The position numbers and the translations under genes are program-made. From Phyllosticta citribraziliensis (Eukaryota): a stretch of 64,000 nt of DNA. Shown piece by piece: positions 36,134 to 48,343 of the stretch (position 1 is the first letter of the stretch; each line of letters starts with the position of its first letter). Where the stretch lies: positions 1,550,001 through 1,614,000 of the forward strand of contig NW_027117339.1 of NCBI RefSeq assembly GCF_038025025.1. The letters run 5' to 3'. A model generated the notes under the pieces. It saw only the letters and a list, made by a program, of their open reading frames with translations, was not told where the DNA came from and ran no database searches.

Positions 36134-39100
36134 ATTGGTAGCATGGTGGCATAAAAACCCGCCCTGCCCTTCAAAAGATCTGAGTTCTCCTGGTGTATCA
36201 GTCGACATGGCACAATTGGTGTAGGAAAGAATTGAAGCAAGGTTTTCCAAGGGTAATTTCTACTTGCTGCGACATGTAGCGAGAAGGCGCAGTCTTGCCC
36301 AAGAGATGTACCCTTTCCATCATTTCCACCAATCTGCCATTTCCGACGCCCTGCTTTCTTGCTCATGTTCCAAGCGTTTGGAAAGAATCTCCTAGGGCAG
36401 AGCAAGCTTTGGTCTTACCACAACAAGTCTTGCATTGCGAACACAATGTCCATGACGTGTCATGGCGCTGCCTTATTCATGCCACCGACCAAGCAGCTCC
36501 TCGCGCCTTTGTCCACTGCTCTGTTGCTGTGGAGATGCGGCACAAGGAAACAGCACCATCGCGCGGGTGAATAGGAAACGCCTAGGACACTGGATAAAGA
36601 GAGAAGAGGAAGAACAGGGATCTGACTCACAAGACGTGTTAAAAGTTCCAGGGCAAGTAATGCGGTACCTGAGACCAGCTTTTCCGAGTGGAAACAACGT
36701 TTGGGCGTGTCCGCCGCGCATAACCGCTGCCTAGCTTTGTGTTCCTGGTAGCGAAAAATGCGAACGTTTGATGTCACAGTTGCTGGCGACGACGTCTAAT
36801 CGGGAGTGTCCTTAATCTCGGGCCACAAGTTTTGCAATGCTTTGAGCGTTCAGGCGGAGTGTTTGCGGCTCTGAAGCGCGAGTTCGAGGCTCGCGTTGTT
36901 TGGGTCGTCACGTCGAGCGTGCGGTTTGGTCAAGTCCACGTCCAGTGGAAGGCGTGAGCAGTCTCGGGTTTCGGGTCTCGGTGCAATCAATGCATTCGGA
37001 GAGGCCTGAGGCTAGGTGCCAGCGAAACATTCTCCGATGTCCACTTTGGGATGTGATGCTATTCGTTGGCATTTGCCGAATAGGGTTCTAAGCATGGTTG
37101 AGTACGCCTTTGCTTCTTGCTCGCAAGGCGATTGGTGGGTGATCAAGAGCCATCCAATCGTTTCCAGATGTCAAGCGGAACGGTTCTTCAGGCACTTGGA
37201 GTCTGAGTCGTCCATCCAGGAGGACTTGTGCATGCGTAATTCCTGTTGAGTGTCATCCATTGTCTTGGGCTTGTCCGAGTGTGCCGTAGCTCACTGAGCT
37301 CGCAGACACCTAGGTACAGCGCGTGCCGGTACCTGACTGTGTTATCAAAGCGCCGAGTATTGTCTATGCCTGTATCTGGCATGGTGGATGATTGGAACCA
37401 TGGCCATGTACGCCAAATCCGCGGTTTCATGCTCTCAATGGCCGCCTCTTCAATTGCGCACATGAGCAGGTCTTGAGACTCGGGGAAACATGCCCTGAGT
37501 TGCCAAGTGCTCGTTTTCTTCGCAGCCAAGTTCCTTGAACAGAGAAGTACATGATACGACAAATGACAACTAAGGCGGAGCTGAGGCCGGGTGGGAGGAA
37601 CGACAATAAGCGAACGAGCTCGGATACATGTTCCTTAGTCAGACCCATTTGTAGGCGTGCTGATGCAGAAGCACCGCTACTGGCCGTTGGACAGACATGA
37701 CGATCTGGAGCGGCTGGCATGCAGCCGGTGGAGGCCGAATCATGCTACTCTTTTCGATTTCTGACTCGAGGTGTCCAGGACCAATGCTGTAGCATGACTC
37801 CGTGGCAGGAACTAACCTTGGTGGTTCGAAACCTTGGCCCTGCCCTGAGATGGCCATCTGGACGATGCAAGATGGAGAAAAAGCAAAAGGCGAGGCATTT
37901 TCGCCATGGAAGCCGGAAGGACAAATCTCCAGGGGGGGGCTGCGGCTCAAAGATCCGGCCAATCGTGCAGCGTTGGGGACGAGCCTAACCTTGTTGCCAT
38001 TACGGCGGCGGGTTTTGCAGACTTGGCAACATGCAGACCAAGGTACAGTAGAAACGCTTCCCATGTACAGTATGTGCGTGATGGCGATGATTCTCGAAAT
38101 GCGTGCCTCAGCAGCACACACACACAGAGCATTAGAGTTGCCTTCGCCGATACCATGTCGGAGCCTTCTCCGCCCCAGGGACATGGGCACGGTATGTAGC
38201 TTGGAGTACCAACCGCACGCCCAAGACGTCCGGTCCAATGTTCCCGCGTGGGGAATTGCGAGGGGTCTGGGGCAAGGCGAAGCGGCATGAAGGAATGGAT
38301 TCAAGAGTGAAGCGGGCGCATCGCAACGACAGAAAAGTCTCCGGCAGGGCAGGGCAGGGCAGGGCAGGCGTGTAAAGTCGACGGCAAGGGCGTCTGGTGT
38401 TCCATGGCAGCGGCACTGCATGAGTCGGTTTGGCGGAGCGGACCTCTCCGTGTCCCAAGTTCACCTGGCCATGTCAGAAGAGAGAGCCAAATCCCATGTG
38501 TGCCAGTGTGCTGCATGCGGTGGCGAGAGCCAAATGCCATGGTTGATGCTTCTGTCGGGCGGATCGTGCATGGGCTTGGCCAGGAGCAGGCGGCTCTTCG
38601 ATGACTACAGCCCCTACTGATTCCCGTCGTGTGTTGAGCGGGAGGGGAGAGTGTCGTGGTGGCCTGGTCTGAGTCCTGCTCCGGATCGAAGATGCCCTGG
38701 GCTGGCCTCTCTCTCGCAAGCGGCCACAACGCGACCCGGACGGCAGTAGTGGCCACCCAACCAGAGCCGACTGCGCATGTACCGGCCGCCGCGCCCTGAG
38801 GTGATCTCGATCGCGGGTTTTCAGTGGCAGATGGTGTTTTCGAGTCGCCACTTCGGCATTGCAAACTCGAGCTGAAGCGCGCGGCATGCCGTCATCGGCT
38901 TTGGCCCATGGAGACGTCGGCTGGGCTTGTGGCTAGCGGTGTGGGCGCGTGCGTCCAAACCGCGATCCCACGCTTTGTCGTCGATTTGAACCGCATCCCC
39001 GGCGAGTAATCAATCGTCTTGACTTACCTCGTCAATGCCCTCCCGTCAAACGGCCAGCCAAGCCCACCTACGCAGCGCTACCACCAAGTGCCTGGACCAC

Positions 39101-40037
39101 TGTTATTTGGTGTCGTTTGTGGGTCGCTCCTCTGCCCTGTGTGAAGCTTGCGACTCTTCATCATCCTCACGCCGCCACCACCGACCCCGACCACCATCAC
39201 CCTACACCACGCTCGGCCTCCGTCCTCTGCTTGTTCCATGCGCCGCGGTTCCGCAACTTGACCGATTTTACTCCAAGGACCGCTGTTGTCGACCGCAGCC
39301 TGCCCATGCTCTCCCTTTGCCGTGCCCTACTGGACGTGTCGGGTTAGCATCTGCTTGTCCTGTCCTGTCCTGTTTGCTGGACGGCCTCATCGCCTGGGAC
39401 GAGATCTCGTTGTCCACCAAGCCTCCATCAATGCTCCGCTTTTGTTCTGCAAGCGGTGCCCATCGGTCCAATCTTGACGGCTCGCCAGCGACCAGCCTCG
39501 CCCGCAGTAGCTGTCTGCCGCTGAGTTGACCAAACTCTCCGTCATATCTCTATCCGCTGCGCGGTGCTCCTCCCACTGTCCGACTACCAACCCGATACAC
39601 TCTGCGCTGCCATTGCTTATGGACTGAGATTCCCTTGCAAATCTTTTAGACGAGCCACTCTCTTCGCTGCTAGCGTCTCTGTCTTTGCTCGCCCTTTTTT
39701 ATTGGAGTCCGTACCTTTTTTTTTTTTTTACCTTTTTTTTTCCCCCTCGCGTGGTGTTCGAGCGTTCGAGACTAAAATCCGGGCCGCCGCGCACTTACCG
39801 GTACCGACCTTTCTCCACCATCAGCACCACGCGCGACCAAGGGCGCTTCTGGAACGTCAATCGCGAATCCCGACAGCGCGGACGTCTGTCCCGTCCGTAT
39901 CTGGATTTGGTGTGGCAGTCGCAACATCATATTTGTTCGGCGCTCGTGTGCCCGGTTGCGGCGCGGATTTGGCCGGACCAAGGCTTAGAGCTTCGACACT
40001 ATCTTCAATTGATTCTCCAAAATCCTTACTTTCCTTC

Positions 40038-41868
40038 ATGACCGACCTGAGACAGAAATTGGAGCAACTGGGCCTGACGCTGTACTTTGAAATTTTTGTC
40101 ACCGAGGGGTTCGATACGTGGGAGACCGTCCTGGACATTCGGGAGTCGGATCTGTAAGAATCTTCCCTCGCAGGTCTTTGACACGGCCTCGTTTGCTCAT
40201 AAGCGTCGCGCAGGGACTCTCTGAATGTGAAGCTCGGTCACCGCAGGGTAAGTGCTTGCCTCGAGACAAACTCATCAGTTTCCCCCCTTTTTTTTTTTTT
40301 TAATGAGACGATGCTGAGAGTGGCTCAGAAACTTCAGCGCGCCATTGCCGAGTCAAGGGGAATACCTTTGGAACGTATCGACCGTCTACTACCACATCTC
40401 CAAGCGACCTCGAGCGGCGATGGATCGTACCGCAGTGATGATTCGGCATCTGAGTCCAAGTCCGGCACCAAGCGCTCCAACCCCCCGTCTAATAACGCTG
40501 GAAATCAAGCAAAGCGCAAATACCGTCGCCATCCAAAGCCAGACGAAAATGCGCCTGAAAGGCCAGCCTCGGCCTACGTCATATTCTCAAACCGTAAGTG
40601 GCACCCTACGCTGATGGTGGAAGCATGTAACTGATGGATCTCAAGAAATGAGAGAGACCTTGAAAGGGCAAGAGCTCACCTTCACGGAAATTGCCAAGCT
40701 CGTTGGTGAGAGGTGGCAAACTCTGTCGCCAAATTCACGAGAAGCGTGCGAACGACAAGCTGCGACCGCCAAGGAAAGGTACTATGCGGAGTTAGCCGAG
40801 TACAAGAAGACTCCCGAGTACACCAAGTATCAGGAGTACCTTATCGAGTTTAGGGCAAAGCATAACCTGCCGCAATCAGTTCCCGGTTGGTTGTAAAGCT
40901 GTCTTAGATAATGGGTCATTGCTAACTTGGCCTCAGAAGGAAAACGCTCCAAGGCGGATGAGGCGCCTAAAGCTGCGCGAAGCACCAGCCACGACCTTTT
41001 CGACAAATCCGCAAGAAGAAGAGACAGCGATGCCTATTTCACCCAGAGCTCGCTGATCCATCGACGATCTGGATCCAGTCCACCGCCTGGCCCGCATTCT
41101 CACCCTGGTGGACGACATTTGGCATCCAAGTCGACATCACCTGCTGGTTTCAGTCATTCGGGCATAGCATCGCCTGGTCTGGCCGGACACTACTCCCCCA
41201 TGTCGGCATCTCCCACCTCCGCAACCGTATTTAAGGAACCAGAATTTTCGCACCCTTCGACCCCTACGCAGGCTGAAGTGCGCGACAGGCCCCAGGAAGC
41301 TCCATACACATCCATCCACAACTATGCGTTCCCTCGCGGAACTGCTCCGCCATTGACATCAAGTTACGCTGCGGCTTCCGGCGATCGCGACATGGCCGCA
41401 CGCCGTATGCGCCGCGAATCCTCATCGTTGCCCTCGCTGGTGCACGACGACACTACTGCAACAACATTATCATCCGAAAGTGGCGGTAGCGGTTATCCGC
41501 CTAACAACCACAGCAACCACAGCAACCACAGCAACCACAGCAACCACAGCAACCACAGCAATGCACCTTTGCCTCCTCCTCAAACATCTCTTCTACCGCT
41601 TTCAGATGCTCAGAAAGCGCACCGCGTCTTGCCACAACCGATACCCTCAACCTTGGGAATGGCACATTCGCCACTCGACGCGCCGCGCCCTACCCCGATC
41701 AGTGCTCCTCCACCACCGAAGCCGACGGCTATGTTTCCATCACATTCGCACCAACCTCAGCCGCACGATGGTCGTCAGAGCTCTTCTCTGGCAGTCTTGC
41801 TTCGTGCCGGTGAGTTGGCGCGAGATGCGGATCCCTCGCCACCTGGTGGAAAGGAGCACCCACCGTAG
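40038..41868 (+). CDS. SAM-domain plus HMG-box transcription factor, ~528 aa
   Basis: Exons 40038-40153, 40214-40247, 40329-40593, 40646-40885, 40937-41868. SAM-like LEQLGL..Y...FVTEGFDTWETVLDIRESDLDSLNVKLGHRRKLQRAI. HMG box KRKYRRHPKPDENAPERPASAYVIFSN...FTEIAKLVGERWQ. Confidence 0.92.
41506..41559 (+). repeat. Coding 9-bp repeat (AACCACAGC)6 encoding (NHS)6
   Basis: Six perfect copies inside the last exon of the HMG gene. Confidence 0.95.
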
Positions 41869-42172
41869 TTCCTACTTGGCAGAATCAACCTAGTGAGCAA
41901 AGGCTGTTCAGGTATAGGGAGAGGTCTCCGTTGAGACCCACCAAACTTTTTTCTATTGGTTCAGCCGGTCGCAAAAAACAAAAAATCATTCACTTCGCAT
42001 TTTATCATGATTGATCGGCAGCCTCTACAAGGTGAGCGGAGCGAGAGAAGAGGGGACGACATTGACTCGGCAGGAGTCGTCAGCTTCTTTGGCAAATGTT
42101 GCATCATTCATTCTTCATGGTTTGCAAATGAGCGTTGGCCAGACCTTAACTTGGGATCGAGGTCTTTCGCGA

Positions 42173-42196
42173 CAGCAGCAGCAGCAGCAGCAGCAG
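42173..42196. repeat. (CAG)8 microsatellite downstream of the HMG gene
   Basis: Perfect trinucleotide run. Confidence 0.9.
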
Positions 42197-45100
42197 CAAC
42201 GTCTACTTAACACAAGCCTACGTCGACACATCGTATGAGAATTGACGACATTGAGAAGTCGGTCACATGGGCAAGACTGCACAGCAAAGGAAGAATCCAA
42301 TCAGGATCATATGAATTTTTTCGGAGTTTAAGGAGTTTGGGGAAAATCGCTTATTGTGGATTTCGGCTCGAGCGGTTGGACGGAGTCATCTTCCCTCGCT
42401 ATCGGCCGTGGCATATTCAGACACGAGAGCGCGGGCAGTAACCACATCTGGCAAATGATTGAACAGTTTAGAGTCCTTCGTCGCCTGCGGTTTCTCTGTT
42501 GCCAAGGTAGCAGATCCCATCTGGCACGTTGCACACTAGATGGTTTCGATTGATTGTCGCTAAGATGCCTGAACTGTCTCAAGATGCGCAGAGTAAGCAG
42601 ATGAACTGCGCACAGTAGGATCGGGGGAGTGTTTTGCCACTCTCTGCCGACTGTATGATCAACCGGAAACACCCCCGGTCGATGCCTAGACCAACCATGG
42701 GCAAAAGTTGTCGGACAAGACAATTTTTCCCCTCGATGACCGCCGGCGGCGGGGAGGCGGACTCCAACGCCGAAGTACCCAAGCATCGGCAGTGGGGACG
42801 ACTCGTCGAATTTTTCGCGCTCTTTCATTTCTTTTCAGCATCGCGAGTACATCGACGTGCGTCGTTGGCACCACAGCCTAGACCACCAACGACAAAACTT
42901 CGCTGCCGTTCCGGCTCAATTTCATTGTTCATTTTTCATTTTATTTCTTTGGCACCACCAGGTATTACCACATCACAGAAGCAGCCGTCTGGTCTTTGAC
43001 CACAACCGCGGACGGGCCCGCGATGCCGTAGTCCAGAATGACTTGATCCCAAGGGGCAGGCATGGTGTCATGGGAGCCAGCGGCGGTCTGGAACACCGGG
43101 GTGGAAAGGGTCGAGCAGAGGCCCCGGTCAAGATGGAGGAGGGGATTGAAAGGACGGACCAGACGGTTATTGTTGGGTTGAGGTGACTAACTAGCAGGCG
43201 CAACAACAACCGGACGCAAGCCGCACTTTGCGTCCGCCAGCCAGGTCACCTCGCCATCGAACGGAGGGCAGCAGATGAACATCAAGAGCATTGGGAAACG
43301 GTATTCGGGAAAGCCTGATTTTTGGTAATGACGACCACAGTGTGTGCCGCGACGACGCATCCGGTCGACGGGCGCATTTCGCCTGCGCACATTGGCTTTT
43401 CGCGCTTGGTTCCCGCGTCGCGCTCGCGCGCAAAACTTAATCTTGTTTATTTGGACCCGAAAAGGCGGAAGGTGGCGAGAAGAGCTTTGGGTCTCTGCCT
43501 TTCGGGGTAGGGGTATGGTGGGGAATTGGTCTGTTGGGGGGCGAGGCCATCTTGTCTGTCTGTGGAGGGTTCTGTCGTCTTGTCCTCCCCTCTCTTCCCC
43601 CTCCTCTTGTCCTTCCTCTCCTGCCGGACCTTTGACTCGCTTGGCCCTTTCACGCCCTGCCTCTCAATCTCGCTTCTTCTCCGACAAGGCGCCTTTCGAG
43701 GCGTGGCAATGGATGAGGAAAGGGTCGGGGCTGAGGCCGAGTGCCAGGCGACGTCTTCCAACACGAACGAAAGAAGAGAAGCAAAGAGAAAGAGTATTGG
43801 GGAAATATTATCCTTATTAAAAATGGGTCCCACAACCCATCACCACAACTATACTGGTCCACGGTCTCGCGTTTGTGGCTCGGTCTCGGCAGGTCTGATG
43901 GGTGCTGCCGAGCCAATGCTACTGTGCGAGAACGCACCGGTCATTGTTGGCAGAATCAGCCAGGTATTTGATTCTTGTCTTTTGGGGAGGGGGAGAGCGG
44001 AGGTCAGGAAGCAAGAGGTTGCGTTTGGGATCAAATGGCCAGTGGGTCTTCGAGTGATGGAGTTGGATGATGGAGAGAAGATCCGGGGAGAGGGGGACCG
44101 ACTACGGGACAGATCACGACCTTTCTTCCTTTCTTTTTGTCGCGCTTACACCTCACGACGAGCGACGTCGACAACTTTCCCACCGCCGCAGCCAGTCGCA
44201 TGCGCGATATCTCTCCGCTTGTCGACCTACGCGGGCGACCAGCGGACGAGCGAACGTCTTAGCGTGCGCGAAAAGAGCAAACAAGACAACACGACTTTGC
44301 TTTACGACGAGAAAACCGGACACGCCAATTACTTGGGGCCAGAACGACGACAATTTCGCGCCTGACATGCGAGTGGTGCCCCCGCTGCAGCCCTCCACGC
44401 GCATCCACGTCGCACCTGTGCTCCCCCCGCTGCATGGATGCGCGAATCCGAGGAAAAGAAGCGTAATGCCGATTCCGAGGCCTCGACTCGTGGTTATCGA
44501 GACATCGGGGATTGCGGAGGAGGTCGTGAGTCGGACCAAGGTAGACTTCGCTGGGCTTGGGGAGAGAAGGAAGCGGTCGGCGAAAAAAAGAAACAAAACT
44601 TTTGGAGGGGAGATTCACGACGGGCAAGATTTTCTTTTCTCTTTGGGTCATTTGGCATGAGCCTCGTTTCTTTTCACTTTTCATTTGGTCACGACATCCC
44701 GACGTTGCTACGTGATGACGGTTTGCATACGGCCATGATGATGTCAAGGCATCAAAAGGGTTGGTTCTTTGGGGCACGAGCTAGTGTTGTTGGTTTGTTT
44801 TCATGGCTTTCTAGACTTGATTGTTTGTGTGTTTTTTGTTTGGCAGAGCACTTTCGGTATCATTTTGCGCGTTTTATACTTTTTTGCAGCCTTTCCCCAG
44901 TGACGGCAGCGGTTCCCTGATGAAGAGGCGGGCAGCAAACACCACTCGAGAAGCAGGGGATCACTCTTTGCTCGAGATACAGAATGCTGCGGTGTGACCC
45001 GAAAACCAACTTTTGGAATATCTTTGGTACGGCCGTTGGTCGTGGCGCTGACGTTGTGATTCGAGGCAAGGAATGTGTCTCGCGTATCGAAGACAAGGTT

Positions 45101-46533
45101 GTTGCCGCCGCGCCTCGTGCTCGTCTTCAGCGCAGCCTCTTCTTGATCAGGCGGCACCTCTTACTGCGAACGTTCACACATACATTATACCCGTATCTGC
45201 GCGCTTCCTGGTGCTCCACAAGACTTTTGTCCGTGGTGGCTTGCTGAGATTTTTTGGTTGCAACATGATTACGTCGCTATGAGAGAATGGCCGGCCGGCA
45301 GTTACCTTGAGAGCTCGGGACCGTAAGGCTCCAAAGTTTAACATGTGGGATTTTTGGGCTACTAGGGACCGCTTTTCACTGCACATCGACGATTGCGATG
45401 GAGGGGGTGTGCTCTTTTGACAAAAACTGGATTCCCCAAGACAAGGCCTTGTAGATCAAGCCGTAGTCGATGGAGGGGGGGAAGAACCGCTGGGGGCTTT
45501 CTTGGATCTGGGTCGTTGGCCTGACCGACCTGATTCTGTGGCGATGAAGCAGGGCCGGTGAGCTTCCGGGAGTCGCTGGCGGTTCTGGATGTTACTCCCA
45601 CGCTCAGATGTGGGCTCGTGACGTGGGGGAGCAAAGGCGCTCTTGTCGGTGGCGGGTACGAAGATGGTGATGCGGACGCAAAGGTTGGCAGCGATCCCGT
45701 CAGCCATCAGAGAGCGTGCCATGCTCGGTTCCCCTGCAGACTGCTGTGCCATGTTCGATGAGCACTGCTGTGTGAGCGCGGAAACGAGGCTGACGAGCAC
45801 ATGCCAGCTGATATATGTTGTGGACATGTGCTACATTGCCTAATGCGCGCCCGCTCACCGACATGGAACACAGTGAGGAACAGGAGTATTGACCGTGGTT
45901 TACTGCTCGGTCAAATGTCCATCATGATTTTGAAAAGGAGCAACACAGTGGAGTTGGAAACAAACAACCAATATATCATGACTCGTGGGGTAGAGGTACA
46001 CGTCTCTCGGTTGAGCGCGTGCCCGCCTGATCTGGCGGGCGCAGCCTACTGCAAGGCCGACGGCATCCCGCACCGACATGTACTTCACTTTGGCTTCGCA
46101 CTCCATCAGCTTGTCTTTGACTTAAGCCCGTTCGGAAAGCTTCCCCTCCTACAGCTGCTGCAACTACCTCGTGCTCTCCCGCGTCTCTCATCTCCGGTCG
46201 CGCCTCAGAATGGGCTGCGGCCCCGAGCTCTGCTTTTCGCAGCGCGACGGCCCACATCCGGCGGGGACGGCTGTCATTATCATGTCGCATCCTCCAGATT
46301 GAACTCCTCTCGCGGTCCTCAATTCCGTATATCAGCTTCTTTGGCGCTGCTGACGCAAATGCCGTTTCGCAACCTCACTAGCGAATTCCTCGTCCCATTC
46401 GCCGTTACGCGTTGACTTGATCTGTGCCTCGAGCCCTGCCTGCCTATTATTATCCCCACGGCGAGCTTGACGATGATTTAGCTCGATTGAAAATTGTCCT
46501 CCCTGGCCTCCCCCAGACACTCGAGAGAAGACC

Positions 46534-47480
46534 ATGGCCCACGCATCACCAAGTCGCCTAATTCGCCTGCGCGCCCTCAAATCGCAGGACCTCCCGCCTC
46601 ATCCAATCATACGACCGACCTCTTCCAACTCGGTCGACCTCTTCCAGTTCCTCAGAGATGTCCTCGACGATGGCGTCAGATTTTCCGAGGAAGTCGTTCC
46701 TGAGACGTTCAAATCAGGCGCCGAAAAGATGGCACCGCCGGCCGATGCCAAGGTCCGGATACTGGCACGAGATATGAAGAAAGACGAACTCCCCCACCTG
46801 GACGCAAAAGGCGAAACTTGGTTTGCGCGGCTCAGCATCCACGAAGACAAGGCGGCGGCTGGAACCGCGACTTTTGACGAGTTTGAATTTGGATTGAAGC
46901 AAAATCATGCTACGAATGAGATGACTTATATGCCGTCAATATTCGACGCGCACTTGGTCGCCGATTGGAGTGATCTGATGAATGTCACTGGCCGCAGTGT
47001 TGGCGGCGGCTACACGGACATAACGATGCAAAGTAGGTTGTTTCGTTCATTTGTGGATTGCGACACGATTTTGACGTCAGTGCAGTTTACGAAATGGCAT
47101 ATCAACTTCCATTTCCTCTCAACCATCGAGCGTTTGCTCAACTCATCGTCACGGCAAACACCTCATCCGACTCTTTTGTGGTCGTCCAAGTCCCGGTCGA
47201 CCTGTCAGACTTTCCCGAAGCCGAAGTGCTCTACATCAACGGCCGAAACAAGCGCGACGGGGACAGCGCGTTGAAAAAGAAGACGACTGTCCGAGGTGAA
47301 TACGTCAGCGTCGAGCGAGTAAAAAAGACCGATTTAGGAGATGTCTCGTGGCTCATGGCGGCTTCCAGCGATGCGAAGGGAGCAATTCCGCTCGCAGTGC
47401 AGAAGTGGAAATTGCCAGACGAGATAACCAAAGATGTCGGGGTCTTTCTCAAGTTCTGCGCTGAGCAGAGGGCCAGGTAA
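46534..47480 (+). CDS. DUF3074-family (START-like) protein, ~297 aa
   Basis: Exons 46534-47032 and 47086-47480. Motifs ETWFARLSIHE, FDEFEFGLKQNH..NE, FVVVQVPVD, GEYVSVERV, WLMAASSDAKGAIP and ITKDV. Confidence 0.85.
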
Positions 47481-48343
47481 TTGGCAAAGCTGAAGCCAGC
47501 AAACCCTTCATGTGGCGCGTTGAGAGTCTGGGCATTCCTTCTTTACCTACTTCACCATACGACATGTAATATAGCTTCCCCCAGACTAATAATGATTGAT
47601 GCGCTGTCAGTCATGAAGACGCTTTCCGGCTCAACGGCAATAATGGCATGCTCATGATTGACACAAGGACTACAGCATGAAAAGCCTCCCTCGGCGAGGT
47701 GAAGGAGCGTTTGAATTGGAAGAGGTTGATGTTCAGCCGCACAGAATTGATAGTGCTGTCAAAGACGGCTGGTTTCACCATGGCTGAATGGGCGACAGTG
47801 ATTGGTCGTGGGAGCAAGGGCGGAAAGACTACCGCCAGCCCGGAAGCCTGGCGGAAATGACAACGGCGCACCTCTGACAACTTGGCCTTGGTCAAAAAGG
47901 GCAGCCGTTAGGACTTCAAGGAAAGCAGCGTCTTCGGTACAGCTCTACGGTTCAGCTCCAAGCTCAACCGTTTGGCATTATATTTTCTGAGTCGCGGTAC
48001 CCGCGGCCAAGAGCTTCAAGAAGGTTGGTCTAAGATCCCGCCCGCGCGCGCGCTAAGGTACGTCACCTGCCGCTGACTTTTGCAGACGGACGGGAGCTAT
48101 CTTTCCAGCTTCCTGCCGTTTTCATCTTTCGCTTCTTTGGCATCTCTTCCATCTCTTCAGTGTGCGCTGAAGTGGGTTTTTGGCTCATGTCCGGTCGTCG
48201 CTGTCTCCACTCTGTACCTTCCGTTCTGAGCATCGTGCCGTCGCGAAGGACATCCCCGCATCAGTCCGGCTGCAGCGCGCTGCCTTGTCGACGGGAGCTG
48301 GAGCCCAAGTTGCGCTCCTCCTAGCCACCCTCTCGCCTTCACC

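Noticed and set aside
23733..36405. Long antisense ORFs over SERCA, Eis1-like, phosphatase, KIN28 and FYV4
   Set aside because: These are typical shadow ORFs of high-GC3 coding sequence with no independent motifs.
43526..44365. 279-aa intergenic ORF
   Set aside because: TTG start, composition driven by purine/pyrimidine tracts, and no domain.
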